Part shown: positions 1-9,080 of the stretch, one piece after another
Position numbering within the stretch: the first letter of the stretch is position 1
How the letters are laid out: each line of letters begins with the position of its first letter
NCBI GenBank assembly: GCA_963707655.1
Contig: OY970172.1
Location: 672,001-736,000 of the forward strand
Direction: 5' to 3'
Source: an uncultured bacterium
GTDB lineage: Bacteria; Babelota; Babeliae; Babelales; Vermiphilaceae
Length of the DNA stretch: 64,000 bases
Notes under the pieces: generated by a model
Databases searched by the model: none
What the model saw: only the letters and a program-made list of their open reading frames with translations
Told to the model about the DNA's origin: nothing
Translations under genes and position numbers: made by a program

Positions 1-1308
1 CGTTGCTGACATATTTCCCAAAGCATCAAAGGCAACAATATAATAAGTATAATTTATGTTTGGGTTTCTCCCGTGATCATAATAGACCAAGGGCCCTGAT
101 GCAGGAACCGTTCCTACCAATTGTGTTAACCCTGGGTCACGATAAATCGCATATGAGACTATGGTGTTCCCCCCTGAAGGTGCGGACCAGGTTAAGTAAT
201 TGTAATTATCGATTTCGGTTAAGAAGATGTTTTTTCTTTTGCAGCCGGTGAATGACATTGGTAAATGCACACCGATAAAAATAACAGTTACCGTATTGTT
301 TCCTGCATTTGCAACATAGGCAAACTGTCCATCAGGGGTAATAGTTATTGTCTGTGGATTACTAAATCCGGTGATAGTATAGATTACCGTATTAGTTGCT
401 GTGTCAATGATACTCACGGTATTGCCTGCAGCATTGGAAACATAGCCATAGCTCCCATCAGGAGTAAAAGCAATCGAAACAGGGGCATCAAAGACACCAG
501 TTAGGCCAGGTGTTGGTACGATTGTATTAGTTGCTATATCTATTACGGTCACCGTATCACTCCCTCCTCCGTTGGTAACATATGCATAAGCGCCATTAGG
601 AGTTATGGTAATTGATTGAGGAGTTGTGAAACCAGAAGATAAGCCCGGAGCAGGGACGATCGTATTAGTTGCAGTATCTATCACGGTTACTCCATCAAAA
701 AGATTAGTAACATAGGCAAACTGACCATCAGGAGTTATTGCGATAAAATCTGGAGCAATAAAGCCAGTATCAAGCCCCGGTGTTGATAAAATAGTATTAG
801 TCGCAATATCAATAACACTCACGCCGGCACCGCCATTGGCAACATAAGCAAACTGACCATTAGGAGTTATTGCTATTGATTCAGGACCATTAAATGTGCC
901 CGTTAAAGCTGGGGTTGATACAACGGTATTGGTTGCAGTTGATATCACTACCACACTATTATTACCCGCACTTGCGACATAGACAAACTGGCCATTAGGA
1001 GTTATTGCGAGCGACTGTGGAACGTTGAAAATATTATCAAGGCCCGGTGTTGATAATACGGTGTCAGTTGCGGTAACTATCACATTTGCGCTGTTATTGC
1101 CCAGATTTATAACATAGACAAACTCTCCATTTGGGGTTACTGCAAGAGACAAAGGAACAGAAAAACCGGGTATAGGGGAAAAAAGAGCATCGAAATGGGT
1201 TATGGGTACAAAGTGAAAGCCCGGTATGACATACATAATAGTATTTGATTGATAAGCGAATAGAAAATTAAAGGTAGACAGGGCAATAACTAATAGTTTT
1301 TTGTACAT
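1..1308 (-). CDS. Secreted YVTN/YncE-type beta-propeller repeat protein with C-terminal FnIII-like segment (3' end runs off window; missed by ORF track)
   Basis: Manual translation from ATG at 1308: MYKKLLVIALSTFNFLFA signal, repeated 'P.S(L/I)AITPNGQF(V/A)YV.N....V.VI..ATNT' units; last codons in window read ...YTYYIVAFDALGNMSAT in the same frame. Confidence 0.85.
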   Translation of the reverse strand, partial: MYKKLLVIALSTFNFLFAYQSNTIMYVIPGFHFVPITHFDALFSPIPGFSVPLSLAVTPNGEFVYVINLGNNSANVIVTATDTVLSTPGLDNIFNVPQSLAITPNGQFVYVASAGNNSVVVISTATNTVVSTPALTGTFNGPESIAITPNGQFAYVANGGAGVSVIDIATNTILSTPGLDTGFIAPDFIAITPDGQFAYVTNLFDGVTVIDTATNTIVPAPGLSSGFTTPQSITITPNGAYAYVTNGGGSDTVTVIDIATNTIVPTPGLTGVFDAPVSIAFTPDGSYGYVSNAAGNTVSIIDTATNTVIYTITGFSNPQTITITPDGQFAYVANAGNNTVTVIFIGVHLPMSFTGCKRKNIFLTEIDNYNYLTWSAPSGGNTIVSYAIYRDPGLTQLVGTVPASGPLVYYDHGRNPNINYTYYIVAFDALGNMSAT

Positions 1309-1482
1309 GTTTTTTCTCTGTTAAAAAGATAAGATTTATATAATCCATGATCATACTAGTCTTGTATAAATCACCGAGTCAACAAAACTATTAGCTAAGG
1401 CAAAACGAGCTTGCCTACGGCTCAGTATCAGATATGGCATTTAGTTGAGCTTATCTTTTTGCCGCCAGTCCACAAATTCTAA

Positions 1483-1510
1483 TTGACAATTTTTGTCAAC
1501 GAGCTACTAT
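1483..1510 (+). promoter_or_regulatory. Putative sigma70 promoter; -35 lies in an inverted repeat TTGACAA-ttt-TTGTCAA
   Basis: TTGACA 1483-1488, 16-nt spacer, TACTAT 1505-1510, upstream of the 1569 ORF. Confidence 0.45.
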
Positions 1511-1568
1511 TAAAAATAGGATAAAATAAGTAAAAAATGTTTCAAAGCTAAAACTTAAAGAGGTTCGA

Positions 1569-2318
1569 TTGAATATCATAAAAAAATTATTCATCTTTAT
1601 GCTTGCCGCCAGCCTTGTGTCAGCGCAGGCAGATTATAAATGGAACGATGGCCTGGGAAAAATTTTTAGCAGCATAGGCAATGGCGCGGGGCGCGTAACA
1701 TCATCTCCCCTTATTAAAAAACATAAAAACAAAATTATTGCAGGAACAGCTGCTGTTGGCGGTCTGAGCGTTGCGGCCTATTTTGGCTGGTGGCATTGGT
1801 TCAAAAGGCCGGCAATTAATCAAATTAAAGCAGACTTATTGCAGGCGGAAATAGAGCGAGATAATCAAAATAAGTTATCTATTCACATGAATGGATATCA
1901 CAGGAAGCTTGCAGCAGAACTTGACAACCTTGTTGGGGCACCGGCGATGTCTTGTCTAAATAGGGCAGGCAAACAGAGAATTGAGGAAGACCGTCAATCT
2001 AAAATAGCAGAAAGCAATCGTGCACGAGAAATTACCCAGGAATTGGAAGACATAAAGGATGACTTTTCAGCGATTGACGCAAGTCAGCCGTTATATACCA
2101 ATAGTAGTTATTATCGAATTATGCAAGCTAAATATCAGCTAGGCAGAGCGGATGGAAATTCATCTCCTATTCTTATCAAGCCAAGTGGATGGCAAGAATA
2201 CGTTGATAAGTCTAGAAGCGGATGGAAAGATGATGTAACTTGTGATGTGGCAGCTATAAGAACAGCCCGAGAAGAAGTCATAGCATACTACAAGAAAAAC
2301 ATCAGTAGCCAGTTTTGA
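1569..2318 (+). CDS. Hypothetical exported/membrane protein, paralog 1
   Basis: ORF with signal peptide, TM segment (AAYFGWWHWFK) and coiled region; N-terminal ~80 aa near-identical to next gene. Confidence 0.75.
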   Translation: MNIIKKLFIFMLAASLVSAQADYKWNDGLGKIFSSIGNGAGRVTSSPLIKKHKNKIIAGTAAVGGLSVAAYFGWWHWFKRPAINQIKADLLQAEIERDNQNKLSIHMNGYHRKLAAELDNLVGAPAMSCLNRAGKQRIEEDRQSKIAESNRAREITQELEDIKDDFSAIDASQPLYTNSSYYRIMQAKYQLGRADGNSSPILIKPSGWQEYVDKSRSGWKDDVTCDVAAIRTAREEVIAYYKKNISSQF

Positions 2319-2450
2319 TGACAATCACAATATTGTAACAAAATATTATGATGATTCAGATAATCCAGATCAAGTTACTCGAACTGAGGTTGTTTACACA
2401 CAAGCGAGTGACATTCTTTAAAGAGGTTTTTCCACTACGAGGATTTGACT

Positions 2451-3188
2451 ATGAATATCATGAAAAAATTATTCGTCTTTATGCTTGCCACCAATCTTGT
2501 GTCAGCGCAGGCAGATTATAAATGGAACGATGGCCTAGGAAAGATTTTTAGCAGCATAGGCAAAAGTACGGGACGAGCGTATCAGAGCGTAACATCGTCT
2601 CCCATCGTTAAAGAACATAAGAATAAAATTGTTATTGGAACAGCGACTGTTGGTGGCTTGGGAATTTTTGCCTATTTTGGCTGGTGGCACTGGGTTAAAA
2701 AACCAACATTAAAGAGTGAATTGTCTGATGCTGAAAGTAAATTAAAACACCTGCACGTGTTAAGAACAGATGCAGAAGCATCAGAAAAACTTTGCACCGA
2801 TACATTGGAGACATTATTTCCATCTGAGCAAATACCATTAGGCGCTAATTCGTTTGTACAGCAAGCTGAAGCTGAACGGATAAGAAACGAAAAAATACGA
2901 AAAGATTCTGTTGCATTGGCACTTCAACAACGCGCTCGTCAAGCATGGGAAGAGAAAATTAAGCACGAAAGCGCTGTGAACCAAACACTATTGAAAATCA
3001 CTATACTCTCTCGAAGGCTAGGCATAAAAGATGGCGCAACAGTACCTCCTGATCGCACTAATCGCATGTCGCCTGACGATACACGATATTTGATGACAAG
3101 CATTATTCATTCGGATGGCACTACCAGCACAAGGTGTTATTGTGATCCAAAAGGTCATCCTAAGAATGAGTTTGAATTTTTTCTTTAA
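2451..3188 (+). CDS. Hypothetical exported/membrane protein, paralog 2
   Basis: ATG at 2451 with GAGGA upstream; shares MNI.KKLF.FMLA..LVSAQADYKWNDGLGKIFSSIG and YFGWWHW with 1569 ORF. Confidence 0.75.
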   Translation: MNIMKKLFVFMLATNLVSAQADYKWNDGLGKIFSSIGKSTGRAYQSVTSSPIVKEHKNKIVIGTATVGGLGIFAYFGWWHWVKKPTLKSELSDAESKLKHLHVLRTDAEASEKLCTDTLETLFPSEQIPLGANSFVQQAEAERIRNEKIRKDSVALALQQRARQAWEEKIKHESAVNQTLLKITILSRRLGIKDGATVPPDRTNRMSPDDTRYLMTSIIHSDGTTSTRCYCDPKGHPKNEFEFFL

Positions 3189-3217
3189 AAATCATTTTTA
3201 CTATTCTTAAAAACTTT

Positions 3218-3254
3218 AAGAGAGGGACACGTAAAAAATGTCCCTCTCTTTTTT
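3218..3254. terminator. Probable bidirectional intrinsic terminator
   Basis: AAGAGAGGGACA...TGTCCCTCTCTT inverted repeat plus T-run between convergent genes. Confidence 0.75.
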
Positions 3255-3257
3255 GTA

Positions 3258-4775
3258 TTATTCTAAAATCGGCTTGCTGTTTGAAACAAAGATTTTACCA
3301 AATTCATGCGCTGCTGCTTTAAGCGGCTCAATAATTGCATCATTTAAATCTTTTGTCTCTTCTATGCTCTCGTACAATTCCGGATACAATGATTTAACAT
3401 AGCTCACAAATTGGGTAACAAACGGACGCACATCGGTGAGCGCCAATGAATCCAAGAAGTTTTCTTTGAGCAAGAAAAGCATTAATGTTTGGTCAACAAA
3501 AGAATAGGTCACAAAGAGCGGCTGCTTTAATATTTCTATTGCCACCGCACCGCGCACTAATTTGCGTTGCGACACTTCATCAAGCTCGGTGCCAAACTGA
3601 GCAAAATCAAGCAACTCATTGTATTGTGCCAACTCCAGACGAAGCGCCTTGGTCACCTTTTTAATTGCTGCTGTTTGCGCAGCACCGCCAACACGAGAAA
3701 CAGAAAGCTCTATATTTACCGCAGGGCGAATTCCCTGATTAAATAATTTTGCATCCAAAAATATCTGCCCATCAGTTATAGAAATGAGATTGGTAGGAAT
3801 ATAGGCGGTAATATCATCACTCTGAATTTGTGCAATAGGAATCGCAGTTAATGATCCACCAGAAGCCATTTTGCCCGCGCGTTCAAGCAGACGTGAATGC
3901 AAATAGAACACATCACCCGGATATGCTTCACGGCCGGGAGCGCGGCGCATAAGCAAAGACATTTCACGATAGGCAATTGCATGGTTGCTTAAATCATCAT
4001 AAATAATAAGCGCGTCTTGCTTGTTGTCTCTAAAATATTCAGCAATGGTGCAGCCAACATACGGAGCAAGGTATTGATCCAATACCGCTTCACTGGCATT
4101 TGCACTCACCACAATCGTATAATCAAGCGCCCCATTTTCTGCCAAAGTACCAATAATGCGCGCCAAGTTGGCTTGTCGCTGGCCAATGGAAACATAGACA
4201 CAGATAACATTTTTGCCTTTTTGATGCAAAATGGTATCGATAATTAAAGAAGTTTTACCGGTATTACGATTACCAATAATTAACTCACGTTGCCCTTTAC
4301 CAATAGGAAACAGCGTATCAATGGCAATACAGCCGGTCTCCAATGATTCATTAATAGGGCTCCGTTCAATAATTTGGGGAATCTTTTCTTCGACAGCGCG
4401 CAGCTCCGTCGCTTCCAGCTCACCAAGAGCATCTATGGGTTTACCCAGCGCATTTACCGTGCGGCCAATAAGTGCACTTCCTACCGGCACTTTAAAAACG
4501 GTGCCCGTTCTTTTTGCTACTTCAAGTTCTGCGACAGGAATGGTGCGATATAAAACAAAAATTGCAGCAGCATCTTCATCAAGATCAAAAATTATTCCTT
4601 TGTTGCCACCCTCAAAGTCTATAAGTTCACCAAATATTGCGTTTGCTAGGCCATGCACGTAGCAAATGCCATCACCCACTTTGACTACAATGCCAATTTC
4701 ATCAAGCGATTGCCTTGGCTTTTCTTGTAGTGATTGTTCAAATAATGAAACAAGATCAATATTTTTTACGTTCAT
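3258..4775 (-). CDS. atpA: F0F1 ATP synthase subunit alpha
   Basis: PIGKGQRELIIG, Walker A GNRNTGKT, PGREAYPGDVFYLHSRLLER, SVSRVGGAAQ. Confidence 0.97.
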   Translation of the reverse strand: MNVKNIDLVSLFEQSLQEKPRQSLDEIGIVVKVGDGICYVHGLANAIFGELIDFEGGNKGIIFDLDEDAAAIFVLYRTIPVAELEVAKRTGTVFKVPVGSALIGRTVNALGKPIDALGELEATELRAVEEKIPQIIERSPINESLETGCIAIDTLFPIGKGQRELIIGNRNTGKTSLIIDTILHQKGKNVICVYVSIGQRQANLARIIGTLAENGALDYTIVVSANASEAVLDQYLAPYVGCTIAEYFRDNKQDALIIYDDLSNHAIAYREMSLLMRRAPGREAYPGDVFYLHSRLLERAGKMASGGSLTAIPIAQIQSDDITAYIPTNLISITDGQIFLDAKLFNQGIRPAVNIELSVSRVGGAAQTAAIKKVTKALRLELAQYNELLDFAQFGTELDEVSQRKLVRGAVAIEILKQPLFVTYSFVDQTLMLFLLKENFLDSLALTDVRPFVTQFVSYVKSLYPELYESIEETKDLNDAIIEPLKAAAHEFGKIFVSNSKPILE

Positions 4776-4784
4776 TGTATGCCT

Positions 4785-5330
4785 TTATTGAGTAAACGTA
4801 TGGGTGAAATTGCGTAGATATTGTTCAAGCGAGCGCTCCCACAGATAATTGGCACTGTGCAAACGTAGCCCCGCAATTAAATCTTTGTTAATCATATATT
4901 CATAGATAATAGTCTTGCCGGTCAGCTGCGCAAGAAGATCTGCCACTTCCCGTTCTTGCTCGGCAGAGAGCGGGTGAGCGCTTTCTATAGTGAAGGAAGC
5001 AATGTTTTGTTGCTCCATGATCATTTCATGCAGATATTTTAAAATAAGAGTTATTAAAATACCTCTTTTGTGGGCGATAAGTAAATTGATGAGCGCATCA
5101 AACGCGTGCCGGGGAAGCCCAAACTGTTCAATTAAAATTTTTTGCAACGCCTTCTTTTTTTCTTCCGGTGCAAGCGCTGAAAGATTAAGGAAAAAAGTAA
5201 AGTGACTATGATGAGCAAAAAACTCGTGCGCACGAGCAAGCTTTTGAATGTCCTCAGGACTGAACAGAGAAGAAAAAGAATGGGCAAAAGCAAGCGCATA
5301 TTTGCGCGCGAGCATTGTTTGTTTATTCAC
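4785..5330 (-). CDS. atpH: ATP synthase subunit delta
   Basis: ARKYALA N-terminus, SAHPL and LIAGL C-terminal motifs, position before atpA. Confidence 0.85.
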   Translation of the reverse strand: MNKQTMLARKYALAFAHSFSSLFSPEDIQKLARAHEFFAHHSHFTFFLNLSALAPEEKKKALQKILIEQFGLPRHAFDALINLLIAHKRGILITLILKYLHEMIMEQQNIASFTIESAHPLSAEQEREVADLLAQLTGKTIIYEYMINKDLIAGLRLHSANYLWERSLEQYLRNFTHTFTQ

Positions 5331-5818
5331 TTACCACTCCTCTTCAATAATGAAAGTGTTGTGGCAATGTACTGTTCTGCATGTGCACTATTTTCATAAT
5401 ATTTTTGCAGCTTCTCTTGCGCTTGCGGAATCGCTTGCACCATGACAAGCCGCGTTAGCGTTTGTTGCGCCAACTGCATTGTTTGCTGATCAGTCCGCTG
5501 CGCCATCTGCTCAAGAATCTGTTTTTTTGTTTGATTCAATTTTTCTTCATTGGCTTTAAAGTTGATGTGCCACTGATCCACTTTAGATTTTAATAGCATG
5601 CATTGCTTTTCAAGATTGCGCTGCTCTTGCTTGCCCTCATCAAGGCGAGATTCAAGCATGCCTTGTTGCTGTTTAAGACCGGTTTCAAATGCTTCTTGCT
5701 CTGAAACTGCATCTTCAAGCGAATTAAGGAGATATTTTTTAAAAACATAAACTGCCAGAAACACAAGGGCACACAGATTTATGAGACGAAAGGCAAAGGC
5801 AACCACAGCTGAAAACAT
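5327..5818 (-). CDS. atpF: ATP synthase subunit b
   Basis: N-terminal TM (FRLINL), long coiled coil, operon position. Confidence 0.75.
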   Translation of the reverse strand: MFSAVVAFAFRLINLCALVFLAVYVFKKYLLNSLEDAVSEQEAFETGLKQQQGMLESRLDEGKQEQRNLEKQCMLLKSKVDQWHINFKANEEKLNQTKKQILEQMAQRTDQQTMQLAQQTLTRLVMVQAIPQAQEKLQKYYENSAHAEQYIATTLSLLKRSGK

Positions 5819-6177
5819 TATTTTTCCACCCCTTGTATGAGCACGTTTGTCATTTTTGCAATATTCTCTTGCACCGTTGCTGAATCAAGAGGAATTAGGC
5901 TCACGGTTGGCACGGGCTTGTGCCGAGTGAATTTTTCGCGTGAAGGATTGTGCGCGGCAAAATAATTCTTACAACGCATCCAAATGTTCAGCCTTTCTTG
6001 TTCATTGATGGCAATACGCTCTTTGATCTGCTGCAATGAGGAAAGAAGCGTCTCACGAACGCTTTTTTCTTGTTGGATAATGGTAAGAACGGGTTTGAGG
6101 ATCAACCCGCGTATTATAAGATATGCAATAAAAAAATGTATTACCTGAAATAGTAACGTAATATTGATTGCAATCAT
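5818..6177 (-). CDS. ATP synthase subunit b'-like
   Basis: INITLLFQVIHF...LILKPV TM typical of b/b'; lies between atpE and atpF. Confidence 0.7.
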   Translation of the reverse strand: MIAINITLLFQVIHFFIAYLIIRGLILKPVLTIIQQEKSVRETLLSSLQQIKERIAINEQERLNIWMRCKNYFAAHNPSREKFTRHKPVPTVSLIPLDSATVQENIAKMTNVLIQGVEK

Positions 6178-6194
6178 GAACTATAATAACCCTA

Positions 6195-6452
6195 TTAAAG
6201 ATAGATAACACTTACCACAATAAGAGCACCTGCTATTATGAGATTGTATACGGAAGAGCTTTCAATAATACCCATAGCAATAATCATGACTCGTTGAACA
6301 GTGCTTGCGCTTGCCGGATATTTTCCTATATTTTCACATGCTTTCATTCCCACCAATCCTTGACCAATAGATGGCCCAACCGAACCGATGCTCATCGCTA
6401 TGGCAGCTCCGATAAATGCAGCAGCCTTTGCATAGAAAATACCATCATTCAT
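6195..6452 (-). CDS. atpE: ATP synthase subunit c
   Basis: Two TM helices, GPSIGQG, loop KYP, conserved Glu in IESSSVY. Confidence 0.93.
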   Translation of the reverse strand: MNDGIFYAKAAAFIGAAIAMSIGSVGPSIGQGLVGMKACENIGKYPASASTVQRVMIIAMGIIESSSVYNLIIAGALIVVSVIYL

Positions 6453-6701
6453 GATTATCCTTTCTCGGGGTAAGTGTAAGTAATTGTATTATATTTCTTT
6501 AATTTACTCTCTTTTTGTAATGATACAACTTATTGTAAACAATCATAAGAGATCTTCCATAGATTTAAACATTTCTTATGCAAAAGAACAGAGAAAGAAT
6601 TCCTTTTTGGCAGAATTTATAAAATAGGTTAAAATACAATGGCTTTAAGATATTCTGTAAATAGCCTTTTGATCAAGCATAGTAGTAGAAGTGATTCATG
6701 A

Positions 6702-8324
6702 ATGATAAATAGTAGCAAACAATATATTTTTTTGTTTTTTCTTGTATCCGTTCCTCTTGGTAACCAAAAAGCCATGGATGATTTCTCCTGGGATTATCCG
6801 GCGGTAGAAAATCTTATCGACAACACCAATTTTGAAACAGCAACCCGCGCACCGGTACCCGTTTCTGACATTATTGCCCTGCTCAATCAGTTTGGGGTTA
6901 TTGATTTATTACAAGAAAATTTATATGACAAGTCATATCCTTTAAACAAACGCTATATTCTTGATTTACCATTATTTACTTTTCCCTGGTACCATTCTCG
7001 TTGCAAAGAGCTGGGCTACCAATTCTTTTATAATGCCACTAATAAAATGACTTTTGCAAAAGAGTGCAACAAGATCAGTGCCTATCTGGCCATCGCGGGC
7101 AACGGCTTTATTGAAAAATTGCAAACCTCGCTGCAGGAAATTGCCTCGGTGTATCCCAATTTTGATCCCAACATGGCGCTAGAATTGTTGACCCTCTTTG
7201 AACATTTTACCGTACAAGATCGTTCGCTCGGTATTATGTTCGATGGAGAAAAAAAAATAAATGATGCACGATTGCGCTGGTTTTTACCCGTCTACCTGCA
7301 TGAAAGAAATCATTTCGTAACGCCGGCTGTACAAAAAGCAATAAATCGGATCCTTGATCCCTACCTTGGCACGCCGAGCACAGACGAGCAAATGGCATTC
7401 GCTGAAGAATTTTTAATTGAAGATCAGCTTGGCTTTGGGGATTTTCGCCTGGAATGTGACTTCCCTCTGATTGAAACCGAAACTTTTAAGGCGCGTGTCG
7501 GCTTTATGGCTGATTTCCCCATAGCATTTCCCTGGACCTACGGCCTCATTGGTTCAAAATTCCGCCCCCCTTGCGTGCGTCCCATCCTTGATATTCAGGA
7601 GTTAGTTGCCGAAATAGTTGGTGGCGGTGCAGTAACTGATAGCAATGCGCAGTCTTTTATTATTCAAGCATTTAATAATTTATCTGCCATACTACTCAAT
7701 ACCAGTCTGGGCCATGATGGTCATCCCGGCATTGGGATCATGTGGCGCACCAAGAGCTCATTAACAAAATTTGTTTCGCGCCCATGGGCCGAGAATATCT
7801 ATTTTCAAAGTAGGATGTCATTTGAGTATCTCTTGCCGAACACCGAATATCGTGCCTTTGTGCCAAAAAATAATGCCGCTGCATTTGAAAACCATGATTT
7901 CACCTCTGATGATCCGACCGTCGCACAACAAAATCTCATCTTTCTTGAACAAACACTCACAAATCGCTTATTCCCTCCCTTTATCTATGCAATGGTGTTT
8001 CCCGGTATAGTGATTCGCTCAACATCGCGTGCGGTATATGAGGGCCCGGTGTGGGGATGCTTTGTGGGCAGCGATATGTGGATACGTACAAAAGAACATA
8101 TTACAACTCTTGAATCTTCCGCCGCAGTTTTTAATAGTTTAGAAATAGCAAATGCAGAGCGGCCGTTGGCTTACCAAAGCAAAATGTTTGCAGGTATTGT
8201 GCACCGCGTTTGCTTTGTTGAAGACAGGGAATGGGCTTTCTCACTTAATGCAGATACGACTGTTTTGCGCTCGGGCGTGGGAGAAGATTTTACGATAACA
8301 TTGAATATAGATCTCAACTTCTAG
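6702..8324 (+). CDS. Hypothetical exported protein, possibly outer-membrane
   Basis: 540-aa ORF, signal peptide, C-terminal alternating strand ending in Phe (TITLNIDLNF). Confidence 0.6.
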   Translation: MINSSKQYIFLFFLVSVPLGNQKAMDDFSWDYPAVENLIDNTNFETATRAPVPVSDIIALLNQFGVIDLLQENLYDKSYPLNKRYILDLPLFTFPWYHSRCKELGYQFFYNATNKMTFAKECNKISAYLAIAGNGFIEKLQTSLQEIASVYPNFDPNMALELLTLFEHFTVQDRSLGIMFDGEKKINDARLRWFLPVYLHERNHFVTPAVQKAINRILDPYLGTPSTDEQMAFAEEFLIEDQLGFGDFRLECDFPLIETETFKARVGFMADFPIAFPWTYGLIGSKFRPPCVRPILDIQELVAEIVGGGAVTDSNAQSFIIQAFNNLSAILLNTSLGHDGHPGIGIMWRTKSSLTKFVSRPWAENIYFQSRMSFEYLLPNTEYRAFVPKNNAAAFENHDFTSDDPTVAQQNLIFLEQTLTNRLFPPFIYAMVFPGIVIRSTSRAVYEGPVWGCFVGSDMWIRTKEHITTLESSAAVFNSLEIANAERPLAYQSKMFAGIVHRVCFVEDREWAFSLNADTTVLRSGVGEDFTITLNIDLNF

Positions 8325-8339
8325 AAAAAAGGAGCAACT

Positions 8340-9008
8340 ATGAACGATAAAATAGTATACATCGCCAGTATGATGATTATGGTCTGGGGCACAATGTATC
8401 CTAATGCCGACGACATGTTTAAAAAAGAGGGAGCAATTATCCTCGAATGCTCTGTCATAAAAATAAGTGATGGCTCATCTTTGGGAATCGATGGAGAGGA
8501 AATATTGCGCATGATGCGGGTGCGTAAAGAAGTGCGCAAGATTCAGCTTGGTGTTCCCAACACAGAAGGTAATTTTATCGGACTGTATCATTTGAACAAC
8601 ACGGATTATAGCGTAAAAGAGCTCGCTGCACTCGAAACAGAAATGCGAGAAAATGATCCGGCGGCATTGGTATCATTAAAGCCGTTATTGAAAAAAGCAA
8701 AAGAAGATTTTGTTAAACACGTTATGAGCTTTATGAATGCTGCGCGTGGAGCCAAGCCGATGATGCTTCTTTTAATACAAGAGTCATGCAACAAAAGAAA
8801 GCGTTACGATAGTGTATTATTGCGCTGGGGAGCCGCGCGAGAAGGCACAGAAGAAAGACAGTTTGATGGGGATATAACTGATTTTCGCGTATTTGATACT
8901 TTTTGCACAGATTTGATACACTTTCTTCAAGATGTTATGAGAAGTTGTCCCAAAGCATGGGCGCAGTTTCAACACATGGTAGCGCAGCAGAAATCTGGCG
9001 GCCACTGA
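8340..9008 (+). CDS. Hypothetical protein
   Basis: 222-aa ORF with AGGAG RBS and N-terminal hydrophobic segment. Confidence 0.7.
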   Translation: MNDKIVYIASMMIMVWGTMYPNADDMFKKEGAIILECSVIKISDGSSLGIDGEEILRMMRVRKEVRKIQLGVPNTEGNFIGLYHLNNTDYSVKELAALETEMRENDPAALVSLKPLLKKAKEDFVKHVMSFMNAARGAKPMMLLLIQESCNKRKRYDSVLLRWGAAREGTEERQFDGDITDFRVFDTFCTDLIHFLQDVMRSCPKAWAQFQHMVAQQKSGGH

Positions 9009-9080
9009 ATACTGGCTTGCTCATTCTGTATGCGCGTAAAATTTAAACTTTTTTGTTTTATCAGATAGAGCACAGAGAAT

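Noticed and set aside
3..504. Plus-strand ORFs 3-251 and 265-504
   Set aside because: Shadows of the minus-strand YVTN repeat gene
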